DNA of 64,000 nucleotides from Octopus sinensis (Eukaryota), in NCBI RefSeq assembly GCF_006345805.1, contig NC_042998.1, positions 46,066,001 to 46,130,000 of the forward strand. Reading direction: 5' to 3'. The notes beneath the pieces were generated by a model. The model did not search any database. It was not told the origin of the DNA and saw nothing but the letters and a program-made list of their open reading frames with translations. Shown here piece after piece: positions 40,590-53,049 of this stretch (within the stretch, counting starts at the first letter, position 1; every line of letters begins with the position of its first letter). The position numbers and the translations under genes are program-made.

Positions 40590-40807
40590 TTATAAACAAG
40601 GGCAAAAGAAAAGTTATTTCCATGCCAATATGCTGATAACAGACTTTAAATCGTCAATTTTCACATTTCATTATACACTTGCTGAAATTGATTTCAGCAC
40701 GACATGTATTTATAGTGAGTGTATAATGAAATGTGGAAATTGATGATTTAAAGTCTGTTATCAGCATATTGGCATGGAAATAATTTTTCTTTTGCCCTTG
40801 TTTATAA
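40590..40807. repeat. Long inverted repeat, 90-bp arms (87/90), 38-nt loop
   Basis: 40590-40679 versus the reverse complement of 40718-40807, compared base by base. Confidence 0.93.
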
Positions 40808-41329
40808 ATTGTTTATAATTTTAACCTTTAAAGGTATTTTAATATGCTGCCACTTTTGATGAAATTTTTTCTGAAAAAAATTTCATCCTATATTAGTAGT
40901 ATATATATATATCTTTACATTGTTAATTTAATGCGTTTTCTTCTATGTTAGCTAACTTGGATAGGAATTGATTTGGTGTCAAAGTTGTTAATAACTGGCT
41001 GCTCTTCATGTTGCCATTCTTCACCTGTCTTTTTCCTTTTCTGTTTTTTTTTTCACTTCAAACAAGGATTTTTATATTCTACTGGCTACTGAAAGTGATG
41101 TATGACCAGTTATACTATCGACATTGAATGTTGTACTGCTTTCATGTACAAATATTGACAGATGAAATATCAGCATTCACACACACATGTAATACATACA
41201 TGCATACACACACACAAACACATACATATATCTGTGTGTGTTTGGGTGTGTATGTATATATATATGTGCGTGTGTGTGTATGTATATATATGTGTGTATA
41301 TATATGTTTATGTATATATATATATATAT

Positions 41330-41439
41330 GTAAATAAATGGAGTTGAACGCAGATGTTATTCAAATTCTTTTACTGTCTTCGAAACATGTCGAAGTAAAA
41401 GAATTTGAATAACATCTGCGTTCAACTCCATTTATTTAC
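41330..41439. repeat. Perfect inverted repeat, 46-bp arms, 18-nt loop
   Basis: 41330-41375 is the exact reverse complement of 41394-41439. Confidence 0.95.
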
Positions 41440-41593
41440 TTATACTATACAAATTACTGCACATTAACCCGGAGTTTCTACCTTTGAATAGGTCGCTACA
41501 TCCTTGTTACTTGCATGAATTTTGCTACCCTGGTAACTGATTATTGAATTTTCCATGTTAAAGGTAAACAAAGGATGATTCATTCATCCATAA

Positions 41594-41624
<31 letters not shown>

Positions 41625-41625
<1 letters not shown>

Positions 41626-41830
41626 GGACGCCATGATAGATCGTTAGCTCCTACCCGCATTTTTTTCTCTCCTTGTTTTTTTCTGTGTCCCTTTCTGTCG
41701 AAGAGTGTAGGCTCAAAACGTAAATGACTTTTTCTATTTCTATTCCTGAGCGCTATACTAATACATTTGTTTGTTTGTACTCCACCTGCCTTTGTCTTCT
41801 GTTTATTTTCCGTAAACTTTCCCATTATAT
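41625..41830 (+). mobile_element. Solo PLE-like terminal repeat between (TA)n tracts
   Basis: Contains a decayed hammerhead-like motif CTTT-CTGTCGA-A-GAG-TGTAGG-CTC-AAAACGTA-AATG; homologous to 7805-7985. Confidence 0.6.
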
Positions 41831-42070
41831 ATATATAGTGTGGCTGCCTTCTCGTATATGAGCAAGCCATTGTTAGGAAGAATCATTGAAATGAGTCATT
41901 GATAATGCAATTCAAGGCACTTATATGACTCTTGAGCCCCACTAAAGATCTGCACATTTTATTGCACAATGCACATATCAAATGTTTTGTTTGAGTCTTT
42001 TCTTTTATAATGGTGTCTGAACTGTGATTGTACAAGCCCTCTAAATAGATGTATGTATTGTTTATTTCAG

Positions 42071-42210
42071 CAAACATTGACAATATTACATCTCAACAAA
42101 GAAGAAACATCGATGAACCCAAACCTCAGAAGTTAGGTGACTCAAAACATGGCAACCGCAGGTGGGATGGCCGCCGTCATACTTTAACAAGTGGAGTTGA
42201 TCATAGCATG
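42071..42210 (+). CDS. SAPCD2: SAPCD2-like gene, internal coding exon A (phase 1 to 0)
   Basis: tttatttcag acceptor, gtgagt donor, 140 nt = 2 + 46 codons. Translates ..NIDNITSQQRRNIDEPKPQKLGDSKHGNRRWDGRRHTLTSGVDHSM. RRHTLTSGVD resembles the RRHT-x-x-SGVD motif preceding the Suppressor-APC coiled coil as I recall it from SAPCD2. Splices in frame to 56049. Confidence 0.88.
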
Positions 42211-42419
42211 GTGAGTTATACTTCTTGTCATTTTATTTCTTGTGCTGCACATTAGTTTGCACATGGCTGTGTGGTTAAGAAGTTCGCCTTGCAATCACAT
42301 GATTTGGGGTTCAGTCCTACTGCATGGCATCTTGGTAAATGTCTTCTATTACAACCCCAGGTTGACCAATGCTTTGTGAGTGAATTTGATAGCTGGAAAT
42401 TGTGTGGAAGCCCATCATA

Positions 42420-42464
<45 letters not shown>

Positions 42465-43816
42465 TATATATGTATGCATGTAAGCATTCTTTTACTTCTC
42501 TTACTTTTTTTTCAGTCATTAAACTGCAGCCATGTTGGAGCCTTGAAGGTTTTAATCTCTTTTTGCCAAATTCCTAAGTTATAGAGACATAATCAAACCA
42601 ACACAGGTTGTCAAGTATTGGTGGCGAACACACACACACACACGTGACGTAAAAGGAATTAAAAAATCCGGGCAGATAACTATAAAGCACTCAGTACTAA
42701 ACAAGTTTGGTTAACTATATCCAACAATCAGGGTGGCGAGCTGGCAGACACGTTAGCGCACCGGGCAAAATGCTTAGCGGTATTTCATCTGTCGTTACGT
42801 TCTGAGTTCAAATTCCGCTGAGGTTGACTTTGCCTTAACCAGTAAATCTAAATATTGTTCAGAAGAATTTCAAAAAATTCAGAGTATAAGGCAAGAAGAA
42901 CAAGAATGGAGAAAATCACATCTTTAATTGGTGATTACATCATACAATACTGATGAACATTTCTGTTGTGCCAGCATATTTAGATACAGAAAATACCAGT
43001 CAAATCAATAAATCCAATAATCTATGTTAACACAATGTTGTCAAGGTAATCCAGAATTGGTTAAATTCAAAGTGAACTAAGAAAATATCTTTAGTAGACA
43101 AACACTTACAAAAATAACAATGGGCGTCTTAAAGTTTCTGTCTACGAAATCCACTCATGTGGCTTTGGTTGACCTGGGGCTATAGTTGGAAGCTTTTAAC
43201 CAAGGTGTCTGTAATGAGGTAGCAAACTTCTTAACACACAGCCACGCCTGCACCTATATGTGTGTGTGTGTGTGTGTGTATAAAAATGTGTGTAGATGTA
43301 TGTGTGGGGTGGTGGTGCCTATGTTTGTCCACCCACCAGTTAACAACTGGTGTTGGTTTGTTTACATCCCCGTAACTTAGCAGTTCTACAAAAGAGGCTG
43401 ATAGAATTATTACCTGACTTAAAAAGACAATAATTACTGGGGGTCAGTTTGTTTGACTTATTCTTGAAGGTGGTGCTCCAGCATGGCTATAATCCAATGA
43501 AAATAACAAGTAAAAGAGTCATTAGCTTTCCAGATGTTTTCCTAGGATGTTTTCATCAAATGTGTTGTTTTTTTTTTCATGTTAATTTAGACTGATGCCT
43601 CTATTTAAATTTTTAAACTGATACATTGCATACTGAAATAGCACAACAAATTGACTGTGATTTCATGTTTTGACCTTTTAGGTTATTTCGTTTTTGGATT
43701 TGGTTTGCAAGATTCTTTATATGAGTTTGTGTGTTGAAGCATATTGTGTTGTGTCTGGGGAGAGCCATTTTCTTTTGTGCCAGTAAAATTTCCACTTATT
43801 TCTTATTTTTATTTTC

Positions 43817-43853
43817 CTAAAATTTTCGTTGCGTCTTGCAACCTTTTCAACAG
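43817..43853 (-). ncRNA. Minimal hammerhead-like motif (U3-A8 variant)
   Basis: Minus strand CUG-UUGAAAA-G-GUUGC-AAGAC-GCAAC-GAA-AAUU-U-UAG; stem II perfect 5 bp. Confidence 0.6.
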
Positions 43854-44867
43854 TCAAGACTACTGAAAAGGTTGCAAGACACAACCCTTTTAGGTTAGTT
43901 CTTTAGTTATTCAGAAGAAGGATCCTTTACTCTGATCTGTGTTACATATAAATTTCAAAATTAAGTGTTATTAACAATTGGTTCTTATACGGTTGCTGAG
44001 GTAGCCATATATCTCCACTACACTAAGTCATCCGTTCCTATCTCTCTATCATATTCTTTCCTTCAGCTCTTGATATAAGCCAATTTCCTCAATGCTACAC
44101 CCCTCCCCTAAACCAAGGGGTCTTGTCTTGTGAACCACTTGGCGATCATCTCTGGTTAACATGAAAAAGCATCCAGTACACTCTGTAAAGTGGTGGGCAT
44201 TAAGAAGGGCATCTAGGTATATAAACCATGCCAAAACAGACATTTGAGCTCAACTCAGTTCTTTGACTTGTCGGATATTGTCTCAGTCAAATTGTGAAAT
44301 ATGGATACAAAATGATAGGTGCAATGCCAGAAATTGAGCTAGAGGGCTATAATGTCTATTATGTGCACTCCGGTACTTAACTGGTATTTTATTTCATTGA
44401 CCCTGGAAGGATGGAAGGTAAAGATAATCTTAGCAGGATTTGAACTCAGACACAGAGTCATAACTAAATACTGCAAGGCATTTTGTTTAATGCTCTTACG
44501 ATTTTCCCAATCAATCCTTATATCATCATCATCATTGTTATTACAGTAATCTGGTAGAAACACTAGCAGGCGAGCTGGCAGAAACGTTAGCACGCTGGGC
44601 GAAATGCTTATTGGTATTTCGTCTGCCATTATGTTCTGAGATCAAATTCTACCAAGGTTGACTTTGCCTTTCATCCTTTCAGGGTCGATAAATTAAGTAC
44701 CAGTTATGCACCGGGGTCGATGTAATCGACTTAATCCTTTTGTCTGTCCTTGTTTGTCCCCTCTGTGTTTAGCCCCTTGTGGGCAATAAAGAAATAAGAA
44801 ACCATTCTTCTTCTTCTTCTTACTTCTTCTTCATCTTCTCCTCCTCCCCCCCCCTCCTCCTCCTCCT

Positions 44868-45055
44868 CACAGCAAGTGGAGATAAACTGGGAGAGGTAAA
44901 TATCAAAAGAGGAATCTTTCAAGGAGACAGTCTGTCACCTCTCCTATTTATTGTCTGTACACTGTCACTAATGAGCGTTTTAAGAAAGATGCATGTATGT
45001 ACATGCTAGGCAGCGTGAAAGTAAACAACCTATGGTTTATGGATGACCTAAATTG
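44868..45055 (+). mobile_element. R4/Dong-like non-LTR RT fragment
   Basis: GEVNIKRGIFQGDSLSPLLF followed by frameshifted VNNLWFMDDL. Confidence 0.75.
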
Positions 45056-45581
45056 TGGCAAAATTTGAAACCATTATTATTATTATTATTAAAGATGGTG
45101 AGCTGGCAGAATTGTTAGCATGCTGGGTGAAATGCTTAGTGGTATTTTGCCTGTCATTACGTTCTGGTTTCAAATTCTGCCGAAGTTGACTTTGCCTTTC
45201 ATCCTTTTGGGGTTGATAAATTAAGTACCAGTTACACACTGAGGTCAATGTGATTGACTTAATCCCTTCCCCCTTGTGCTTCCAGTTGAAAGAATTATTA
45301 TTATCATTATAATAATATCAAGAGCACTCAGAGTGCAAACCTCCGCCAATGCAACACCAACATCCTCTCAACGATTAACCCGAGATGATTTTTAAAATAA
45401 GAATATCTGAAATAAAATCCTTCAATGAATGTATGAGACCTTTTGGTTTTCTCTTCTCTTAAATTCTGGTCTTCCTTTAGTAATCCTGTTGTTTTAAATC
45501 GATGTATAGAATTATGTATTTATGTAAGTATACTGTAAAGTGTTAAAATGTATGTATAATCTCCTAATATAATAATGTATT

Positions 45582-45626
<45 letters not shown>

Positions 45627-45634
45627 TATAAAAA

Positions 45635-48600
45635 GAATAGTCTTATGATTTGCAACACTAACTTCAGGAAACCGACAAGCCACTGGTCACCTACCGATCG
45701 GGCCGGCATACTAGCCAAATCGACTACATCCTTGCCAGAAAAAGGGAAAGATGGCTGCTTATAAATGCCAAAACCTTCCCAAGTGAAGAATGCACCCCAC
45801 AACATAGACTGGTAGTTAGTGACTTTAGGATCAGGACTAAGAGGGCGACTAGAAGACGACCAACATGGAGAAGAAGGGTCTGGAAGCTTAAAGACCCTGC
45901 GAATGGACAGAGATTTAGAGATATGTTATTTGAAGCTTTAGACGAAATGGAAGGGAGTATAGCTACGCATGGGGTAGAAGACAACTGGACGCTTCTGAGG
46001 GACAACCTGCTGAAAGCCGCTGACCAGATCTGTGGCTGGTGCAAAGTCCCCTTAAGACCCAAAATAACGTGGTGGTGGAACAATATTGTTGACAGGGCTA
46101 TTAGACAAAAGAAACAGGCTTGGAAGGCCTGGAAGAACGGTGGTAGCAGGGAAGTGTATCAGTCTGCCAGAAGGGAAGCCAGGAGACAGGTCTATCTAGC
46201 CAGAGGGGAAGCAGAGAAGGAAAAATTGCCAATGTCCTGCGTCGTGAGGATGAAAGACTTGAGGTATTTCGTGTTGCAAGACAGTGTGTGAGAGAGAATC
46301 GTGACGTGGTAGGAGAGAAATGTGTTCGCAAGGAGGACGGTTCACTTGCACTTAATGAGGGTGCAAAGAGAGAGACTTGGAGACGCCACTATGATAGGTT
46401 GCTGAATGAAGAAAATGAATGGGATAAAGAGAGTCTGCCGAATGTCGACCCAACAGAGGGACCAGCAATCCGAGTTAACAGTTCCTTAGTAGATAAGGCA
46501 ATTAGAAGCATGAAAACAGGGAAAGCCCCAGGCCCATCAGGAATTACTGCAGAGATGCTCAAAATATCTGGTGGGTCGGCTATAGCTTAGTCACTCGTAT
46601 AGTTAACCAGGTGATACACGAGGGGGTCATACCCAATGACTGGTGTAGCAGCATAATAGTCAACTGCTACAAAGGTAAAGGCGACGCCCTAGAGACAAAT
46701 AACTACAGGGGCATCAAGCTGCTGGATCAGGTAATGAAGGTTACGGAGAGGGTTGTAGCCGAACTAATTAGAGAGAGAGTTACCTTAGATGATATGCAGT
46801 TTGGGTTCGTGCCAGGGAAAAGTACTACTGATGCTATATTCCTGGTTAAGACAGCTGCAGGAGAAATACCTAGCCAAAGATAAGCCCTTGTACCTGGCTT
46901 TTGTTGACTTGGAGAAAGCCTTTGACAGGGTCCCCCGGTCCCTTATCTGGTGGTCAATGAGGAACTAGGGATAGAAGAATGGTTGGTGAGAGCTGTGCAA
47001 GCCATGTACAGAGACGCTGCTAGTAAGGTGAGGGTGGGCAACGAGTACAGTGAAGAGAGATTCCGGGTAGAGGTTGGGGTCCACCAAGGTTCAGTCCTCA
47101 GTCCCCTCCTATTTATCATAGTCCTCCAGGCAATAACGGAGGAATTCAAGACAGGTTGCCCCTGGGAGCTCCTCTATGCTGATGACCTTGCTCTAATTGC
47201 TGAGTCACTATCAGAACTGGAGGAGAAGTTCCAGGGTGGATGGAAACAAGGATTAGAATCGAAGGGCCTTAGAATCAACCTAGCCAAAACCAAAGTTCTA
47301 ATAAGTAGGAAGGTAGATCAATCACAAACGCCTTCAGGTAGATGGCCCTGCTCGATCTGTAAAAAAGGTGTAGGTAGAAACTCTATAAGATGCACCAAGT
47401 GTAAGCTATGGACACATAAGAGGTGCAGCAATGTCAAAGGAAGGCTAACTAGGAAAATAGTTTTTGTCTGTGGCAAATGCTCAGGAGCAATAAACACTGG
47501 AAATATGCAGAGACCAACTTCTGCCACGTTCCAGGGAGACAAACTAGAAGTAGTTGATAGCTTCCGCTACCTAGGAGACCAAGTCAGTAGCGGGGGTGGG
47601 TGTGCTGAAAGTGTAACTGCTAGAGTAAGAATAGCCTGGGCAAAGTTTAGAGAGCTCTTACCCCTGCTGGTGACAAAAGGCCTCTCGCTCAGAGTAAAAG
47701 GCAGACTGTATGATGCATGTGTACGTACAGCCATGCTACATGGTAGTGAAACATGGGCCGTGACTGCTGAGGATATGCGTAAGCTCGCAAGAAATGAAGC
47801 CAGTATGCTCCGATGGATGTGTAATGTCAGTGTTCATAATCGTCAGAGTGTAAGTTCCTTGAGAGAAAAGCTGAACCTAAGAAGCGTCAGTTGTGGCGTG
47901 CAAGAGACGGCTGCGCTGGTATGGTCATGTGACAAGAAAGGCTGAAGATAGTTGTGTGCAAAAGTGCTACACCCTAGCAGTGGAGGGAACTGTGGAAGAG
48001 GTAGGCCCAGGAAAACCTGGGACGAGGTGGTGAAGCACGACCTTCGAACTTTAGGTCTCACTAAGGAAATGTCTAGAGACCGAGACCTATGGAAGTATGC
48101 TGGCATGAGAAGACCCGGCAAGACTAGTCAGGCCATAACCCGTGGCCCCGACCTGGGACGTAGTCAGTCCTGTGCATACCTTCCTTCTTGTGACACTTAT
48201 GAAGACCTGTTGAGGCAAGTGAAAATCAAATCAAATCAAAACATCAAAATAGAGATGAACATCAGTGGAATTGTATTCTTTGTGGTACCAGTGCCGGTGG
48301 CACACAAGAAAACCACCCAAACGTGGCCGTAACCAGTACCGCATCGACTGGCCTCCGTGCTGTGGGCACAACAAACACCATCCGATCGTGGCCGTTCGCC
48401 AGCCTCATCTGGCACCTGTGCCGGTGGCACATAAAGACACCATCCGAAGACCCGGCGACGTAGTCAGTCCACCTGTGCATACCTTCCCTCTTATGACACT
48501 TGTGAAGACCTGTTGAGGCAAGTGTGTGACACTTGTGAAGACCTGTTGAGGCAAGTGAAAATCAAAAATCAAAAATCAAACCAAATCAAAATAGATGAAT

Positions 48601-50011
48601 ATCAATGGAATTTGTATCTTTGTGGTTCCAGTCCCGGTGGCACACAAGAAAACCATCCGAAGTGGCCGTAGCTGGTACCGCATCGACTGGCCTCCGTGCT
48701 GTGGGCACAACAAACACCATCTGATCGTGGCCGTTCGCCAGCCTCACCTGGCACCTGTGTCGGTGGCACATAAAAACACCATCCAAAGACCCGGCGACGT
48801 AGTCAGTCCACCTGTGCATACCTTCCCTCTTATGACACTTGTGAAGACCTGTTGAGGCAGAGGCAAGTGTGTGACACTTGTGAAGACCTGTTGAGGCAGA
48901 GGAGAGGCAGTGGTGTGACACTTGTGGAGACCTGTTGAGGCGTGTGTGACACGCGTGACACTTGTGAAGACCTGTTGAGGCAAGTGAAAATCAAAAATCA
49001 AACCAAATCAAAATAGATGAACATCAATGGAATTTGTATTTTGTGGTTCCAGTACCGGTGGCACACAAGGACACGCGTGACACTTGTGAAGACCTGTTGA
49101 GGCAATGAAATCAAACCAAATCAAAATAGATGAACATCAATGGAATTTGTATCTTTGTGGTTCCAGTACCGGTGGCACACAAGAAAACCATCCGATCGTG
49201 GCCGTTCGCCAGCCACATCTGGCACCTGTGTCGGTGGCACATAAAGACACCATCCGAAGACCCGGCGACGTAGACAGTCCACCTGTGCATACCTTCCTTC
49301 TTGTGACACTTGTGAAGACCTGTTGAGGCAAGTGACACTTGTGAAGACCTGTGAGGCAAGTGAAGACCTGTTGAGGCAAGTGACACTTGTGAAGACCTGT
49401 TGAGGCAAGTGAAAATCAAATCAAATCAAAACAAATCAAAATAGATGAGCATAAATGGAATTTGTATCTTTGTGGTACCAGTGCCGGTGGCACACAAGAA
49501 AATCATCCGAACGTGGCCGTAGCCAGTACCGCATAGACTGGCCTCCGTGCTTTGGGGACGTAACAAACACCATCCGATCGTGGCCGTCCGCCAGCCTCAT
49601 CTGGCACCTGTGTCGGTGGCACATAAAAACACCATCCGAGCGTGGCCGTCTGCCAGCCTCGTCTGGCACCTGCCAGCCTCATCTGGCACCTGGCGGTGTT
49701 GGCACATAAAAACACCATCCGAGCGTGGCCGTCTGCCAGCCTCGTCTGGCACCTGTGTCGGTGGCACATAAAAACACCATCCGAGCGTGGCCGTTCGCCA
49801 GCCTCGTCTGGCACCTGTGTCGGTGGCACATAAAATCACCCACTACACTCTCGGAGTGGTTGGCGTTAGGAAGGGCATCCAGCTGTAGAAACACTGCCAG
49901 ATCTGACTGGCCTGGTGCAGCCTTCGGGCTCCCCAGACCCCAGTTGAACCGTCCAACCCATGCTAGCATGGAAAACGGACGCTAAATGATGATGATGATG
50001 ATGATGATGAT
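45635..50011 (+). mobile_element. 5'-truncated RTE-type LINE, copy 1 (APE C-terminus, RT, PHD finger, tandem-repeat 3' region, (GAT)n tail)
   Basis: APE motifs SQIDYIL and QHRLVVSDF; RT motifs QFGFVPGKSTTDAIF, HQGSVLSPLLF, YADDL, FRYLGD; C4HC3 finger at 47343-47480. Several single-base frameshifts. Confidence 0.95.
48157..49830 (+). repeat. Higher-order tandem array in the LINE 3' region
   Basis: Units start at 48157, 48457, 48796 and 49267. They contain 1-5 nested copies of a ~29-nt subunit (GTGACACTTGTGAAGACCTGTTGAGGCAA), and there are ~4 copies of a ~62-nt subunit at 49605-49830. Confidence 0.9.
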
Positions 50012-50491
50012 AAAATAGATCTTGAGTGAGAGGTGAAGGTAGAGGAGATAAATGGCAAAGAGAGTGTCATATGAATGAGAAAGGAAGGGGTGATAGATGA
50101 ATAACGAAGGAAGGAGTGAAAGAGCTGATAAACGGTGTTTGAAGTGTGAGTGTGTGTGTGTGTAAAAGAGAAGTATGTTTGCATGCGTGTGTGTGTGTTT
50201 GTACAATGGAAATGGGATGGTAATGTTCAATATTAAAAATGTGTGAGTATATGTGTGTATGTGTGCATGTGTACAAGAAAATGAAGTGAAACTTTACATA
50301 TACATGTAATCCAGAATCCTTGTCCGGTACTGGATCGATCCCCAAATCTAATCAGTTTGTACCAGTCTCAAGGCCAAACATCCCTGAAAGTTTCATCCGA
50401 ATCCATCCAGTGGTTCTTGAGATATCTTGTCCACTGGCAAACAAACAAATACAACTGAAAACAATACCTCCGCCTAAAGGAAGGTGGAGGC

Positions 50492-50522
<31 letters not shown>

Positions 50523-51532
50523 GTAATAATAACAAAAACAAAAAGTTTCTTACATGATAATGTTTAAAATACTCATTGGGAAAGATTTTCTTTTATAATC
50601 ATTTCTGTTACTAGATAATTGGAGTTGGTTTTTGTGATTTAACTAAAGCACTAATGTTGTGATAATAATCTCAAAATCCTTCAGTTGAACAACTGTAATA
50701 CTTTATCTACTTAACAATTTCAAATACTTGTATTTGTTATTAGAATACTTTTTAAAAAATTGGATTCCATTATGATCTTATAATTCACCATAAAATATAT
50801 GGCTAATGTTTCCAATCTAGACTTGTATTTTTCAACTAATTTTTAAAAAATATTTTCCTCAATATTCACCTTTTTTCTTGACATTAGTTGAGATTTTCTC
50901 ACTTTTGGATTGCACTAAGATAACCTTCAAGATGAGAGATAAGTAACATGTAACCTTTTCCTTGAGAACTCATTAGTTTATTCCTTATTTTCTAAATCCA
51001 ATTAAGCTCTGCTACATAGCTCTGAGAACTCTTCAGAAAAGCTTGCATTCATTTCTTTTTTCTATTTTAAAAGAATTTACGTCATCTATCTCTTCTAATT
51101 CACCAACTATTTTGGTAATGTGGTTCATTTTGTAGTTTTTACCTGTAGTAACATAGATGTTGCTATAGCATTTAGAAGCTGTTTCAGTCTCATATTCTGA
51201 GCCTTGTTTTTTTTTTCTTGTTTTCACTTCATATATAAAACTTTCATATATTTTAACCATTTTGATACCCACTCTCCTGAGACTGTCCTTAGTGCTATGA
51301 TATACATTCTCTTTTAACTGTTTATCATTTAAACCAGCCATATCTGACCCAAATATTCTACCTGTTTTATGTTCAAACCACCAAATCTCATGTCCCACAC
51401 CTATCCTACAACATCATTCTACAAATAAACAATCACATCATTGAAATTTTGAAGCTGCAAGATAATACATGATTGATTCAAAACAATGTGAATAAATAAG
51501 AATTGCATTTGACAGAGTAATCTGAATGTTAA

Positions 51533-51753
51533 CCTTTTCATTACCAACCCGGCCGAAACCACCTCTGGCTCTGTAGTACAAATGTTTTGTTTTCTTAAGT
51601 TTTGAATTAAAATCTTCTACCAAAGCTTAGTCACAATTTATGTTACTAACACTAGCTTAATGATAACTAAGTTATTTTACTAAATTCTTTGTTATGTTTA
51701 AAATAATTGAAAGAAACACAGAACATCTGAAAATAAATACGGTAATGAAAGGG
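51533..51753. mobile_element. piggyBac-like MITE with TTAA TSD (inverted sister copy 52054-52274; related elements ~4465-4680 and ~57530-57745)
   Basis: TTAA-CCTTTTCATTACC..GGTAATGAAAGGG-TTAA; second copy TTAA-CTCTTTCATTAC..GAAAGGG-TTAA. Confidence 0.8.
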
Positions 51754-53049
51754 TTAAAGGGCTAAAGTGATCTAGATTAAAACCTTCCATTCAAATTCCA
51801 TGTTAATTTGTGTTCCAAACACTAGCTTAATGATAATGAAGTTATTTCAATAAATTCTTCATCATTTCAAAATTAATTGAAACAAATGTAGTGTATTTCA
51901 GCAGAAATATGGTATCAAAAAGATTAAATTGGGGATATTAGAGCCAACAGTGGAACTCCTACATGATTGCTCATAGTAGCCAAATCACCCCTAAATTGTA
52001 GGGAGAACATAAGAAAATGGAATCCTAGATATGTGGTACCTGAGACATATTAACTCTTTCATTACTGTATTTATTTTGAGATGCTCTGTGTTTCTTTCAG
52101 TTAATTTTAATTATAAGAAAGAAGTTATGAAATAACTTAGTTGTCATTAAACTAGTGTTAGGAACATAAATTATGACTAAGGTTTGGTGGAAGATTTTAA
52201 TTCAAAATTTTTGAAAACAAGACATTTGTACTACAGAGCCAGAGCCGGTTTTAGCCGGGTTGGTATCGAAAGGGTTAAATAGGATGCTTATGGTGGGAAT
52301 GACTTCAATCAGTGGTTTGCCCCGTCAATATTGAAAACAACAATAAATGTGATGTAAAAAAAAAAAAAGACTCTAAAGTAATTTGTGGTGGTCTGCATTA
52401 TGAAAAAATATGCAGTGAAGTTCGTGCATGAAAAGAAATTTTTCAATTTCTTTTCTTTCAGTCCCAAAACATCAGATTCCATATTTTACCTTATAACATA
52501 GAAATTGCCCAAACTCAGGAACTTCATAATAGAAAATATAGCCTATTCATGTATTTGTTACTATTGTTATTGTTAAGATGGTGGGATAAGGCAGTGAATT
52601 GGAAGAATTAGTAACACTCTGGACTAAATGCTTAACAGCATTTTGTCTGTCTTTACATTCTGAGTTCAAATCTGCCAATGCCAACTTAGCCTTTCAGCCT
52701 TCTGGGGTTGATGAAATTAGTACCAATTGAATAATGCGGTCTATGTAATTGACAAGACCCTTCCCTAAATTTCAGGCTTTATGCCTATAGCAGAGAGGAC
52801 TATTAAGGTGGTGGGATGGCGGAATCATTAGCATACCAGAAAAATGCTTTACAGTATTTGTTATAACTCTTTACATTCTGAGTTCAAATCCCACTATGGT
52901 CAACTTTGCCTTTCACCCCTCAAATTTGACGACCTTGTTCCAAATTTAGAAAGATTTATTTATTCTTTTTATCTCAGGTTTTGTTATCACTCCAGGAGTC
53001 TTGCATGTATAGTGGGTTTGCTGCCTGCCACCTACAGTACTATGCTGTC

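Noticed and set aside
48157-49830. CRISPR-like or box C/D-like reading of the 29-nt repeats
   Set aside because: Eukaryotic LINE context, no unique spacers, no cas genes and no proper box D; treated as a tandem array.
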